This document shows, piece after piece, positions 45,984 through 55,288 of a stretch of 64,000 bases of DNA. The notes under the pieces were generated by a model, which was not told the origin of the DNA, did no database searches, and saw only the letters and a list, made by a program, of their open reading frames with translations. Source of the stretch: a virus; IMG/VR virus record IMGVR_UViG_3300025598_000021; one strand, given 5' to 3'. The first letter of the stretch is position 1. Every line of letters begins with the position of its first letter. The position numbers and the translations under genes are program-made.

Positions 45984-46508
45984 ATGACGGCGATTGATGA
46001 TACCCCAACTAATCTTAATTATCTTACACCGTTAAACTTTAAGTTCGCTATCAAGAGAGCTCCACACGTAGAATTCTTTATTCAAAAGATCAGTATTCCA
46101 AGCATAGTGCTCGTTGAGGTAGACGCTCCGAGTCCACTCGTTAAGATTCCGTATCCAGGTGATCATATCAACTATGGTAATCTAGAGATAACGTTTAAGG
46201 TAGACGAGAAGCTTCAGAACTATCTAGAGATTCATAACTGGCTGAGAGCGCTAGGTAAACCAACTAGTACAGACGAGTACGCCGCTATAGAGGCTAATCC
46301 ATCTTGGACTGGTAAGGGTATATATTCCGATATAACTCTGTCTATTCTCAGTAATATTAAAACTATAAACTACGACGTCACCTTTGTCGATGCTTTCCCC
46401 ATTGGTGTATCTAGTGTCACCTTTAATACTACCGATGAGGACGTACAATACGTAGAGGCTTCAGCTACATTCAAATATAGCTACTATAATATATCTCAAA
46501 GCGTCTAA
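45984..46508 (+). CDS. gp3: tail tube terminator gp3
   Basis: NYL.P..FKF; PGD...YG.L.I.F.VDE.L.NY.EIHNW; F.DAFP; synteny after gp23. Confidence 0.88.
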   Translation: MTAIDDTPTNLNYLTPLNFKFAIKRAPHVEFFIQKISIPSIVLVEVDAPSPLVKIPYPGDHINYGNLEITFKVDEKLQNYLEIHNWLRALGKPTSTDEYAAIEANPSWTGKGIYSDITLSILSNIKTINYDVTFVDAFPIGVSSVTFNTTDEDVQYVEASATFKYSYYNISQSV

Positions 46509-46534
46509 TAGATAACTCTGTTTGGATAAGATCT

Positions 46535-46563
46535 ATTATAACCAAATCTTCCACATGTGTCAA
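46535..46563 (-). promoter_or_regulatory. perfect sigma70-type promoter on the minus strand (antisense to late genes)
   Basis: Reverse complement reads TTGACA-17 nt-TATAAT. Confidence 0.75.
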
Positions 46564-46571
46564 CTTTTTTA

Positions 46572-46599
46572 TGTACAATCGTAGTATTTTTGTTATAAT
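46572..46599 (+). promoter_or_regulatory. sigma70-type promoter for uvsY (extended -10)
   Basis: TGTACA-16 nt-TATAAT with TGn upstream of the -10. Confidence 0.65.
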
Positions 46600-46625
46600 A
46601 TAAAAAATGACAGCTGGAGATATGT

Positions 46626-47060
46626 ATGAATATTGAAGACATCATGAAGTTATGGGAGTCTGATACTAAGATAGATAAGACAGAGTTGGGCGACGAGTCT
46701 TTAAATATACCGAAGCTTCATTCTAAATACTATAACGTACTACTCAAAGAAAGACTCCTTCTTAGAAAGTTAGAGTCTGAGATGAAGCAGCTCAAGCTAG
46801 ATAAGTACGAGTTCTTTACACAGGGTCCTAACGAAGAGACCAAAGACAGAGGATGGAAGCTACCGCCTAAAGGTATGATATTAAAGTCTGATATTCCGAT
46901 GTACATGGACGCAGATCAAGACGTTATCAATCTGAGTCTAAAGATCGGCATGCAGCAGGAGAAGATTGAGTTTCTAGACTCAATAATTAAGACTATAATA
47001 AACAGAAATTTCTTGATAAAGAACGCTATTGATTTTATGAAATTTATTAATGGTCAATAG
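46626..47060 (+). CDS. uvsY: recombination mediator UvsY
   Basis: W..D..ID...L..ES..IPKLHSKY; Y.DAD; R.F.IKNAIDF.KF..G. Confidence 0.9.
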   Translation: MNIEDIMKLWESDTKIDKTELGDESLNIPKLHSKYYNVLLKERLLLRKLESEMKQLKLDKYEFFTQGPNEETKDRGWKLPPKGMILKSDIPMYMDADQDVINLSLKIGMQQEKIEFLDSIIKTIINRNFLIKNAIDFMKFINGQ

Positions 47061-47069
47061 CAGTCTTTA

Positions 47070-47077
47070 TATAAATA
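47070..47077 (+). promoter_or_regulatory. T4-type late promoter (homing endonuclease/uvsW)
   Basis: Intergenic TATAAATA. Confidence 0.75.
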
Positions 47078-47098
47078 AAGTCATAGGAGGAACTAACT

Positions 47099-47656
47099 AT
47101 GACTTATCATATAATATATAAAACTACTAATATTATAAATGGTAATTATTATTATGGAATACATTCTACAGAAAATTTAAAAGATGATTATTTTGGTTCT
47201 GGATCTAAATTGCAAAATGCTATAAAAAAATATGGTATTGAAAATTTTAAAAAAGAAATTATTTGTTATTTTGATAGTAGAGAAGAAGCTTTAATTTATG
47301 AATCTAAAATAGTGAATGAAGAACTTGTTAATGATCCTATGTGTTATAATTTAACTATAGGAGGTGGTGCGCCACCAAGTCAAAAGGGAAAAGTTTCTGT
47401 TACTAATAAATTAAAAGGTGAAGAAAGAACAGAAAAACAAAAAGAAGCATCTAAAAGACATTCAGAAACAATGAGAGGAAGATTAGTTTGGAATAAAGGA
47501 AAAAGAGGTGTTCAAACTGGGTGGAATAAAGGTACTAAATATGAAAGTGGAAAAAAACAAGCCAAAATAAAATATATTTGCCCTCATTGTGAAAAAGAAG
47601 GATTTGGAAATCTTATGAAAAGATGGCACTTCGATAATTGTAAAATGAGAAAATAA
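47099..47656 (+). mobile_element. free-standing GIY-YIG (Seg-like) homing endonuclease
   Basis: IIYKTTN.ING..YYG.H...Y.GSG..L..AIKKYG.ENF.KEII; YNL..GG; WNKG repeats; CPHC; very AT-rich; own TATAAATA promoter. Confidence 0.85.
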
Positions 47657-49110
47657 TGGATATAGTTCAGGTCGAACGTTTCGACGAAGTTTATATTAAG
47701 ATCAAGGCCGATCCCGGCGTCATGATGGAGCTTAGCGAGTACTTTACGTTTGACGTGCCCGGCGCTAAATTCATGCCTGCATATAAGATGAAGGTTTGGG
47801 ACGGAAAGGTCAGACTGTTAAACGTGATGACCGGACTGTTGTTTGCCGGACTGTTGAGATATGTCGAGGAGTTCTGCAGATCTAGAGAGTATATCGTAGA
47901 GCATCTGTCTGACTTCTCTTCTGAGGAGTTCTCTCTTAAAGAGGCAGACGAGTTCGTATCAAAATTAAAACCAACGATGCAGCCGAGAGACTATCAGCTC
48001 GACGCGTTCGTTCACGCCGTGAGGGAGAGAAGAGCGCTGCTGCTATCACCGACGGCTTCAGGCAAGTCATTCATAATCTATCTATTAACGAGGTACTATG
48101 CGAGTCGCACTCTTATTATTGTTCCAACTACTTCTCTTGTTTCTCAGCTTGCCTCTGATTTTGCTGACTACGGGTTTGATTCTGATTGTTTCGTACATCG
48201 TGTATTTTCTGGACAGGATAAAGTATCAGATAAGCCGATTACCATCACGACCTGGCAGTCGATTTACAAACTACCTAAGACGTATTTCTCAAACTTTGAT
48301 GTAGTGATCGGCGATGAGGCGCATCTTTTTAAAGCAAAATCGCTTACTTCTATTCTTTCTAAGCTTGATAACTGTAAATATCGCTTTGGCTTTACCGGAA
48401 CTCTGGATGGAAGTGAAACAAACAAGCTCGTTCTTGAGGGACTGTTTGGTCCTGTTCGTAAAGTAATAACCACGTCTGAGCTTATTGAGAAGAAGCATCT
48501 AGCTGAGTTTCAGATTAAAGCTCTCGTGCTCAGCTACTCTGACGAGATCCGCAAGCACGTATCTACGCTCAAGTATCAAGATGAGATCGACTATATCGTA
48601 AGACTTCCAGAGCGTAACAACTTCGTAAAGAACCTAGCACTGTCGCTGAAGGGAAACACTCTACTGCTGTTCCAATTTGTTGACAAACACGGAAAAGTAT
48701 TGTATGATATAATCAAGAAAGAAGCTGGTGAGAGGAAGGTGTTCTATGTTTCTGGATCAGTTGATGGAGAAGAGCGGGAAGAGATTAGAAAGATTGTAGA
48801 GAGTGAAAGAGACGCGATTATTGTGGCTTCTTACGGGACTTTTAGCACTGGTGTCAACATACGCAATCTACACAATATTATTTTTAGCTCTCCTTCCAAG
48901 TCTCGGATACGCAATCTACAAAGTATAGGTAGAGGTCTAAGAAAGTCAGACACTAAAGACGCTGCGACACTATACGATATAGCAGACGATCTCACGTGGA
49001 AGAACAAGAAGAACTTTACGATACTACATTTCATGGAAAGAATTAAGATATACAATGAAGAGAAATTTAAATATAAACTCTATCAAGTAAAGATTAAGGT
49101 AAAACAATGA
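47656..49110 (+). CDS. uvsW: DNA helicase UvsW
   Basis: PRDYQ; SPTASGKS; DEAH; GFTGT; FSTG.NI; LQSIGRGLR. Confidence 0.96.
   Translation: MDIVQVERFDEVYIKIKADPGVMMELSEYFTFDVPGAKFMPAYKMKVWDGKVRLLNVMTGLLFAGLLRYVEEFCRSREYIVEHLSDFSSEEFSLKEADEFVSKLKPTMQPRDYQLDAFVHAVRERRALLLSPTASGKSFIIYLLTRYYASRTLIIVPTTSLVSQLASDFADYGFDSDCFVHRVFSGQDKVSDKPITITTWQSIYKLPKTYFSNFDVVIGDEAHLFKAKSLTSILSKLDNCKYRFGFTGTLDGSETNKLVLEGLFGPVRKVITTSELIEKKHLAEFQIKALVLSYSDEIRKHVSTLKYQDEIDYIVRLPERNNFVKNLALSLKGNTLLLFQFVDKHGKVLYDIIKKEAGERKVFYVSGSVDGEEREEIRKIVESERDAIIVASYGTFSTGVNIRNLHNIIFSSPSKSRIRNLQSIGRGLRKSDTKDAATLYDIADDLTWKNKKNFTILHFMERIKIYNEEKFKYKLYQVKIKVKQ
48680..48708 (+). promoter_or_regulatory. sigma70-type promoter inside uvsW, upstream of gp55
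   Basis: TTGACA-17-TATGAT. Confidence 0.65.
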
Positions 49111-49664
49111 AAACAGATGAGAAGAAGCCTAGAAAGAAAGTTAACTACATAAACAATAAGACTCTGTATGGCTCAATGATTCATCACAAGAATGAAGTTA
49201 CTGAGGCTAAACGTGAGAACAGACAGCCGCCGATCGTACCTAAGTATATCGGTGAGTCTATCTTATTGATCTGTAGCAACTTGGCTAAGAAACCAAACTT
49301 CTCCGGCTACACGTATAAGACCGACATGATCTCTGACGCTATAATGGACTGTGTGGCCGCTGTCGATAATTTTGATCCAGAAAAGACTAATAACCCATTC
49401 GCGTACTTTACTCAGATCGCTTGGAACGCTTTCATACGTCGTATCCAGAAAGAAAAGAAGCAGACGTATATTAAACATAAAAACTTTGAGAACAGCTTTA
49501 TCATGAACGAACTATGGTCTGACGCTGAGAACATTCACCTTAAGGCTAACGAATACTCATCTGAGATAGTCAGATCTTTTGAAGATAAGAATAAGTTGAC
49601 AAAGACTAAGAAAGCGAATAAAATGGTTGGAGTCGAGAAGTTCTCGGGAGAAGAAAATGAATAA
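49107..49664 (+). CDS. gp55: late transcription sigma factor gp55
   Basis: YINNK; YIGE; KPNFSGYTY..DMISD; NFDP.K..NPFAYFTQI...AF.RRIQKEKKQ. Confidence 0.95.
   Translation: MKTDEKKPRKKVNYINNKTLYGSMIHHKNEVTEAKRENRQPPIVPKYIGESILLICSNLAKKPNFSGYTYKTDMISDAIMDCVAAVDNFDPEKTNNPFAYFTQIAWNAFIRRIQKEKKQTYIKHKNFENSFIMNELWSDAENIHLKANEYSSEIVRSFEDKNKLTKTKKANKMVGVEKFSGEENE
49596..49624 (+). promoter_or_regulatory. sigma70-type promoter in the 3' end of gp55
   Basis: TTGACA-17-TAAAAT. Confidence 0.65.
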
Positions 49665-49842
49665 GAACCTACATCTTGTGCCGATCAACGTCGTCGATAT
49701 CGTTGAGCGCCTTAACAGTAAAGACCTGAGAGACAACGAGCGACAGATCCTTCTTCAGAGACTAGAGACTATTCGCGACTACTGCGCGGCAGCGGTAGTT
49801 AAGATCAATGGTGGCTCACAGAACATTCGTAGAATCAAGTAA
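49657..49842 (+). CDS. small hypothetical protein (probable start ATG 49657)
   Basis: RBS GGGAG before ATG; RLETIRDYC motif; TAATG-coupled to gp47. Confidence 0.55.
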   Translation: MNKNLHLVPINVVDIVERLNSKDLRDNERQILLQRLETIRDYCAAAVVKINGGSQNIRRIK

Positions 49843-50912
49843 TGAAGATAGCGCTAATAACGGACTCGCACGCTGGTGTCAGAAATGACTCTCTAGCGTT
49901 TCATGACTACATGAAAAAGTTCTATGACAACATATTTTTTAAATATCTCAGTGAACACAGTATACGCACCGTGGTCCATTGCGGCGACATCATCGATCGT
50001 CGTAAGTATATCAACATCAACACGGCGTATCGTCTACGCAGAGATCTTATCGAGCCGGCACTAAATCAAGGAATCGAGTGGCACCAGATCATCGGTAACC
50101 ACGATACATATCATAAGAACACCAACGAGGTGAGTTCTTTTACTGAACTTTTTGGTTCATACGAGAACTATACAACCCTAAATATATATGATACCACAAC
50201 AGAAGTCATGTTCGGTGACACTAAGATACTGTTGATTCCTTGGATTTGTGATGACAATAAAGAACATTCCTTCGATCTAATAAGGAACACAGATGCGCAA
50301 ATCGCGTTCGGTCACTTGGAACTCCAAGGCTTTGAGATGTTCAAGGGCTCAATTGTCTCACACGGATATGACCCAGAATCTTTTGGACGGTTTGATATTG
50401 TTTGCTCTGGGCATTATCATCATCGCTCAAACCGTGGCAATATTTACTATCTCGGTTCTCCTGCAGAGTATACTTGGTCTGATTACAATGATCCTAGAGG
50501 GTTTCATATATTTGACACAGAGACGAGACAGCTAGAGTTCATTGAAAATCCATACAAGATGTTCAAGAAGGTATGGTATAACGACGGGAGCGAAGAGTTC
50601 CTAGAGAGTGAGATGGACTATTCTCAGTTTGAGAACAGTATGGTCAAGGTGATCGTCCAAGAGAAGAACAATCCTTACTGGTTCGATAAGTTTATTGAGA
50701 ACATTGAGAAGCAGAACCCAGTAGACCTGCAGGTCGTAGAAGATCATCTCAACTTAGGTCTAGAAGAAGATCAAGACATCATCGACGAAGCTGAGTCTAC
50801 GCTTGATATATTTAAGAAGTATATTGGAACTGCCGAAATAAAAGGCGTGAATAAAGTAAAGTTAGAGAATAAGATAACTGAATTGTATCATGAGGCTTTG
50901 ACTATAGAATGA
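49842..50912 (+). CDS. gp47: recombination endonuclease subunit gp47 (Mre11/SbcD-like)
   Basis: DSH, GD..DRRK, GNHD, GHLE, SGHYH metallophosphoesterase motifs. Confidence 0.95.
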   Translation: MKIALITDSHAGVRNDSLAFHDYMKKFYDNIFFKYLSEHSIRTVVHCGDIIDRRKYININTAYRLRRDLIEPALNQGIEWHQIIGNHDTYHKNTNEVSSFTELFGSYENYTTLNIYDTTTEVMFGDTKILLIPWICDDNKEHSFDLIRNTDAQIAFGHLELQGFEMFKGSIVSHGYDPESFGRFDIVCSGHYHHRSNRGNIYYLGSPAEYTWSDYNDPRGFHIFDTETRQLEFIENPYKMFKKVWYNDGSEEFLESEMDYSQFENSMVKVIVQEKNNPYWFDKFIENIEKQNPVDLQVVEDHLNLGLEEDQDIIDEAESTLDIFKKYIGTAEIKGVNKVKLENKITELYHEALTIE

Positions 50913-52615
50913 TATACTTTAAAAAGATTAGATGGAAGAACTTACTCTCTACTGGTAATGTCTTCACCGAGATAGACCTGTGCGGAAGAGACACAACACT
51001 TATTGTCGGTACTAACGGTGCCGGTAAGTCTACTCTATTAGACGCTCTATCTTTTGGTCTGTTTGGTAAACCATTTCGTAAGATCAACAAGCCACAACTT
51101 GTTAACTCTATCACAGAAAAGAACTGTGTCGTAGAGTTAGAGTTCTCTATTGGTTCGAACCAGTACAAGATCATCCGTGGTATTAAACCAAATATCTTTG
51201 AAGTATATCAGAATGATAATCTTCTCAATCAGTCTGCTGAGGTGAAAGACTATCAAGAGATACTTGAAAAGCAGATTCTAAAAGTAAATCATAAGACATT
51301 TAATCAGGTAGTCATACTAGGATCAGCTACATTTCAGCCGTTCATGCAGCTTCCCGGTGGTCAGCGCAGAGACGTAATTGAAGATCTTCTAGACCTTCAG
51401 ATATTCACGACGATGAATTCACTCCTTAAAGATAAGATACTCTTTAATAATGAGAATATAAATTCTGTTGTATCTGAAAAGAAATTAATCGAGTCTAAAA
51501 TCGAGATGACTAAAGAACATCTCAAAGAACTACAGACAAACAACGATAAACTTATAGAAGAGAAGCAGGAACTCTTAAAAGATACGTTTAATCAGTTAGC
51601 AGAGTTGAACGCAAAACACGTATTAATAGAAGAGGATATTGAAAAGCTTCAATCACAGATCGAAGATAACGACAGCATCTCTAAGAAGATAAGCAAGTTG
51701 TCTAAGCTCCGTCATCAGATCGAGGCGAAGGCGTCACTGTTGAATGACGACGTTAAGTTCTTTCACGATCATAAGAACTGTCCTACCTGCAAGCAGGACA
51801 TCGAAGAAGATTTTCGTGAGAACACTATCGCTAGCAAGATGATAGAGATCAGAGAGATAGATAATGGTCTAGAGCTCCTATCTAAAGAATATGAGGCCGC
51901 TAACGATAGACTAAAAGAGATAATGGAGATTAATAGTAAAATACAGTCTTTTCAGATGGAAAAGATCGAACTTAATACTAATATAAACTCTATGACTCGC
52001 TACTGCAAGCAGCTACAGAAAGATATCAGAGACATACATGAGAAGCATACTGCTGAAAAAGATATAAAGATTGTCGACTTTGAAAACACTCTTAAAGAGA
52101 TAGAAGACAAGTACAACGAGCTGTCTGAGGAGAAGAATGTTTTAGCCGTAGCTAGTTCTATGCTCAAAGATGGTGGTATTAAGGCTAAGATCATCAAACA
52201 GTATATTCCTGTGATAAATAAGCTCATCAATAAATATCTATCATCTATGGACTTCTTTGTATCATTTGAATTAAATGAAGAGTTTAATGAGAGTATTAAG
52301 TCCAGACATAGAGATGATTTTACGTATGCTTCCTTCTCTGAAGGAGAAAAACAAAAGATAGATCTTGCACTACTGTTTACGTGGAGAGCAGTCGCTAAAC
52401 TTAGAAACTCTATCAATACAAACTTATTAATCATGGATGAAGTATTTGACTCATCTCTAGATCAGAACGCGACAGACTATCTAATGAACATCATTAGAGA
52501 TATATCTAAAGACAGTAACATCTTTATTATATCTCACAAAGAACATATGAACGAAAAGTTCACTAACGTATTAAGATTTCAGAAACATAAGAATTTCTCG
52601 CAATTACAGGAGTAA
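50909..52615 (+). CDS. gp46: recombination endonuclease subunit gp46 (Rad50/SbcC-like)
   Basis: GTNGAGKST, CPTC zinc hook, FSEGEK, LIMDEVFD, ISH. Confidence 0.96.
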   Translation: MIYFKKIRWKNLLSTGNVFTEIDLCGRDTTLIVGTNGAGKSTLLDALSFGLFGKPFRKINKPQLVNSITEKNCVVELEFSIGSNQYKIIRGIKPNIFEVYQNDNLLNQSAEVKDYQEILEKQILKVNHKTFNQVVILGSATFQPFMQLPGGQRRDVIEDLLDLQIFTTMNSLLKDKILFNNENINSVVSEKKLIESKIEMTKEHLKELQTNNDKLIEEKQELLKDTFNQLAELNAKHVLIEEDIEKLQSQIEDNDSISKKISKLSKLRHQIEAKASLLNDDVKFFHDHKNCPTCKQDIEEDFRENTIASKMIEIREIDNGLELLSKEYEAANDRLKEIMEINSKIQSFQMEKIELNTNINSMTRYCKQLQKDIRDIHEKHTAEKDIKIVDFENTLKEIEDKYNELSEEKNVLAVASSMLKDGGIKAKIIKQYIPVINKLINKYLSSMDFFVSFELNEEFNESIKSRHRDDFTYASFSEGEKQKIDLALLFTWRAVAKLRNSINTNLLIMDEVFDSSLDQNATDYLMNIIRDISKDSNIFIISHKEHMNEKFTNVLRFQKHKNFSQLQE

Positions 52616-52618
52616 GAC

Positions 52619-53155
52619 ATGTTTAATTGGCTAAAGAAGATGTTCAATTTCAACGAATTTAATTTTAGTGCACAGCCGCTAACTCTATATTCTGCTCCAG
52701 ATTTTGATCCAAATACTCTCAAAGGAAAAGACCGACCTCTGTATGTAAAACAGGTTCTCATCGATCTTGGTTGGAAAGACTTTCAGGCCGCCGCTATGGT
52801 TGGTCAGTTCATGCAGGAGAGCTATACAGATCTTCGATGTGGAGTGTGGGGCGATAAACATACGGCTTTTGGACTGGCTCAGTGGAGAGGAGATAGGCTT
52901 GCAGATCTACAGAAGTTTGCTAATAATATCAACAGACCAATTGAAGATCTAGATACGCAGGCTCGTTTCGTACACTGGGAACTCACAAAGGGTTCTGAAA
53001 AGAGTGTAGGTTCGAAGCTCAAGAAGACTACTAATATTGACGACGCGCTGTTAATCGCTATCGCTTATGAGCGTCCACGCGGTTATACAGCTGCTCATCC
53101 TGAGAACGGTGATGGTTTTGCTAATCGCTGTAAGTATGCAAAGAGTCTAATGTGA
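52619..53155 (+). CDS. phage tail-lysozyme-like muramidase (Phage_lysozyme2 type)
   Basis: AAAMVG..MQES...AFGLAQW...R...Q..F...EL...YERP. Confidence 0.75.
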   Translation: MFNWLKKMFNFNEFNFSAQPLTLYSAPDFDPNTLKGKDRPLYVKQVLIDLGWKDFQAAAMVGQFMQESYTDLRCGVWGDKHTAFGLAQWRGDRLADLQKFANNINRPIEDLDTQARFVHWELTKGSEKSVGSKLKKTTNIDDALLIAIAYERPRGYTAAHPENGDGFANRCKYAKSLM

Positions 53156-53162
53156 GGTCGAC

Positions 53163-53633
53163 ATGGAACTTAGTGATGTATACTTGAATAAAAAATGTGA
53201 AGAGTTCGACTTTAAAGAGCCGCCGTTCGATCCAATTGAGTTTGCTAAAGAGCTGATGGCGTTCATGTATGAAAAGAATGGTCTTGGTCTCGCTGCAAAT
53301 CAGGTAGGAGTTCCATATCGAATATTTGCCATGCGTGGCGCTCCTGAAAACTTCGTGTGCTTCAATCCTAAGATAGTGACGCACTCAAAAGATGATATCG
53401 TGCTAGAAGAGGGTTGTCTTAGCTATCCAGGATTACTCGTTAAAGTCAAGAGACCATCGATGATTCGTGTGAGATTCACTACACCTAACAGTGACACTAT
53501 CACGAGACAGTTTATTGGAATGTCTGCACGCGTATTTCAACACGAATACGACCACCTAGATGGTATTAAATTTATAGATCGTGCTAATAAATTCCATAGA
53601 GATCAGGCTATGCGAAAATGGAAAAGAAAATAA
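53163..53633 (+). CDS. def: peptide deformylase
   Basis: GLGLAANQVG, EGCLS, QHEYDHLDG. Confidence 0.95.
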   Translation: MELSDVYLNKKCEEFDFKEPPFDPIEFAKELMAFMYEKNGLGLAANQVGVPYRIFAMRGAPENFVCFNPKIVTHSKDDIVLEEGCLSYPGLLVKVKRPSMIRVRFTTPNSDTITRQFIGMSARVFQHEYDHLDGIKFIDRANKFHRDQAMRKWKRK

Positions 53634-54061
53634 TCGTTCCAGCAAGGATCGCAGATACGGTCCTTTTAAAGAATATCGACGACGTTAGCTTCAATAAAGA
53701 GTTCCATGAAGACATATCTTACTATGAAGATTGTTTTAAAAATGGATACGACTGCTATCTGCTCATGGTAGACAGTCTACCCGCAGGAGAGCTCATTCTT
53801 AGATTCGACGAAGAAGATACTCTAGGTCTTGAGTCTTTTGCTATAGTCCCTCAGTATCGCGGTAGAGGTTATAGTAAGTTCTTATTAGACTTCGTGGATG
53901 CGTATGCCAAACAAAATTTTAAGAGAATCGTGCTAGAAGTTTCCACAGATAATAAGAAAGCTATTGACATTTACAAGAAACAAGGTTATAATATAAGTCA
54001 TACTATTATGGACTTCTATAAGTTTGGAATGAACGCTTATGTTATGGAGAAAATTCTGTGA
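53618..54061 (+). CDS. GNAT family acetyltransferase (RimI-like)
   Basis: IVPQYRGRGYSK acetyl-CoA motif; LEV...N.KAI..Y.K.GY. Confidence 0.85.
   Translation: MEKKIIVPARIADTVLLKNIDDVSFNKEFHEDISYYEDCFKNGYDCYLLMVDSLPAGELILRFDEEDTLGLESFAIVPQYRGRGYSKFLLDFVDAYAKQNFKRIVLEVSTDNKKAIDIYKKQGYNISHTIMDFYKFGMNAYVMEKIL
53964..53992 (+). promoter_or_regulatory. perfect sigma70-type promoter inside the GNAT gene
   Basis: TTGACA-17-TATAAT. Confidence 0.75.
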
Positions 54062-54183
54062 AGTACTTTCCCTTTAATCAGCTAGAAGATAAACTTCAGT
54101 ACGTAGATGACTGGATCAATCTAATTCTAATTGTGTCTATTACTTATGTTTTAGTAAAGAAATTCTTAGAATGGGATAATTGA
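54058..54183 (+). CDS. 41-aa small membrane protein (GTG start; not in ORF track)
   Basis: MKYFPFNQLEDKLQYVDDWINLILIVSITYVLVKKFLEWDN*; GGAG RBS 8 nt upstream; overlaps both neighbours by 4 nt. Confidence 0.55.
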   Translation: MKYFPFNQLEDKLQYVDDWINLILIVSITYVLVKKFLEWDN

Positions 54184-54722
54184 TGAATATATTTTATCTT
54201 AGTGAGAATCCTTTAGAAGCTGCGCAGTGGATGGTTGACAAACATGTTGTCAAGATGATCCTAGAGTCTGCGCAGCTTTTGTCTACCGCTCATCGCATAC
54301 TCGACGGTGATGAGCAAGTAGAACTATCTGAGACTGGAAGAAAAAAGAAAAGGTATAAACTCTATGACGCACGTGAACCAGTTATGTACTCAGCTACGCA
54401 CATTAATCACCCGAGTGCTGTATGGTGCAGGAGCAGCGTTGAAAATTATAATTGGCTTGTAGACCATTTCTTCGCACTCATGCAGGAATATACTTATCGC
54501 TATGACAAAGAGCATAAGTGTTATGGCGAACTGAGCTATCAGCTATCGTCTCCACCAAAGAATCTAGATAAATTTGATATGACTCCGATGCCGTCGTGTA
54601 TGGATGACAAGTATATTATATCTGCTAATCCTATCGATAACTATAGAAACTACTACAAGAACGGCAAGACGCATCTACATAAATGGAAAAGACGTGAGGC
54701 TCCTGCGTGGATTATCAACTAA
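54180..54722 (+). CDS. pyrimidine-dimer DNA glycosylase (DenV)-like conserved phage protein
   Basis: MNIFYL...DKHVVKMILESAQLLSTAH...TH.NHPSAVW...NY.WL...YR.YY. Confidence 0.65.
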   Translation: MMNIFYLSENPLEAAQWMVDKHVVKMILESAQLLSTAHRILDGDEQVELSETGRKKKRYKLYDAREPVMYSATHINHPSAVWCRSSVENYNWLVDHFFALMQEYTYRYDKEHKCYGELSYQLSSPPKNLDKFDMTPMPSCMDDKYIISANPIDNYRNYYKNGKTHLHKWKRREAPAWIIN

Positions 54723-55288
54723 AAGAAACTACAGTACTAGATAATATCATTCCAAAAGATCTACAAGATAAGTTTCATGATCTAGTCATGTCACAGTCTT
54801 TTAAGTTCTTAAAGGACATGTCTTATGCAGACGGCGATATTAAGTACCCGTCTTATGGTTTTAATTTGTTGTTTAAACACCCACAACATGGTATAATGTC
54901 TCCACTATATGAGACTGTCTGTGTTCCTATAGTAAACGCTCTTCTAGAAGAACTAGTTCTTAAAGTAAACGATATCTACTATACTAGAGCGTTTCTTCAG
55001 GTACCGCTCGCAGATAACTTCTACAAGGGACAAAACGGGGCCCACATAGATATTCCAGATCCGCACTACGCTTGTGTCTATTATATGAATGACTCAGATG
55101 GCGATACTATTATCTATGAACAGAATATACACGACACTCCACCAGGATCAAAACATATCGATCTAGTAGAACATAAGAGAGTAACCCCTAAGAAGGGAAG
55201 AATAGCAATATTTGATGGAGCAAGATATCACTGCTCTAGTCAGCCGAGAGAAAATTATCGTTGTATTATTAACTTTGTTCTTGTATGA
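54707..55288 (+). CDS. 2OG-Fe(II) oxygenase
   Basis: HID...YY.NDSDG.T...PKKGR..IFDG..YH.S..P....R..INF. Confidence 0.85.
   Translation: MDYQLKETTVLDNIIPKDLQDKFHDLVMSQSFKFLKDMSYADGDIKYPSYGFNLLFKHPQHGIMSPLYETVCVPIVNALLEELVLKVNDIYYTRAFLQVPLADNFYKGQNGAHIDIPDPHYACVYYMNDSDGDTIIYEQNIHDTPPGSKHIDLVEHKRVTPKKGRIAIFDGARYHCSSQPRENYRCIINFVLV

Noticed and set aside
34438-49110. Introns or inteins in terminase, sheath, portal, capsid or uvsW
   Set aside because: All ORFs are continuous and of roughly expected length, with no intein motifs noticed.
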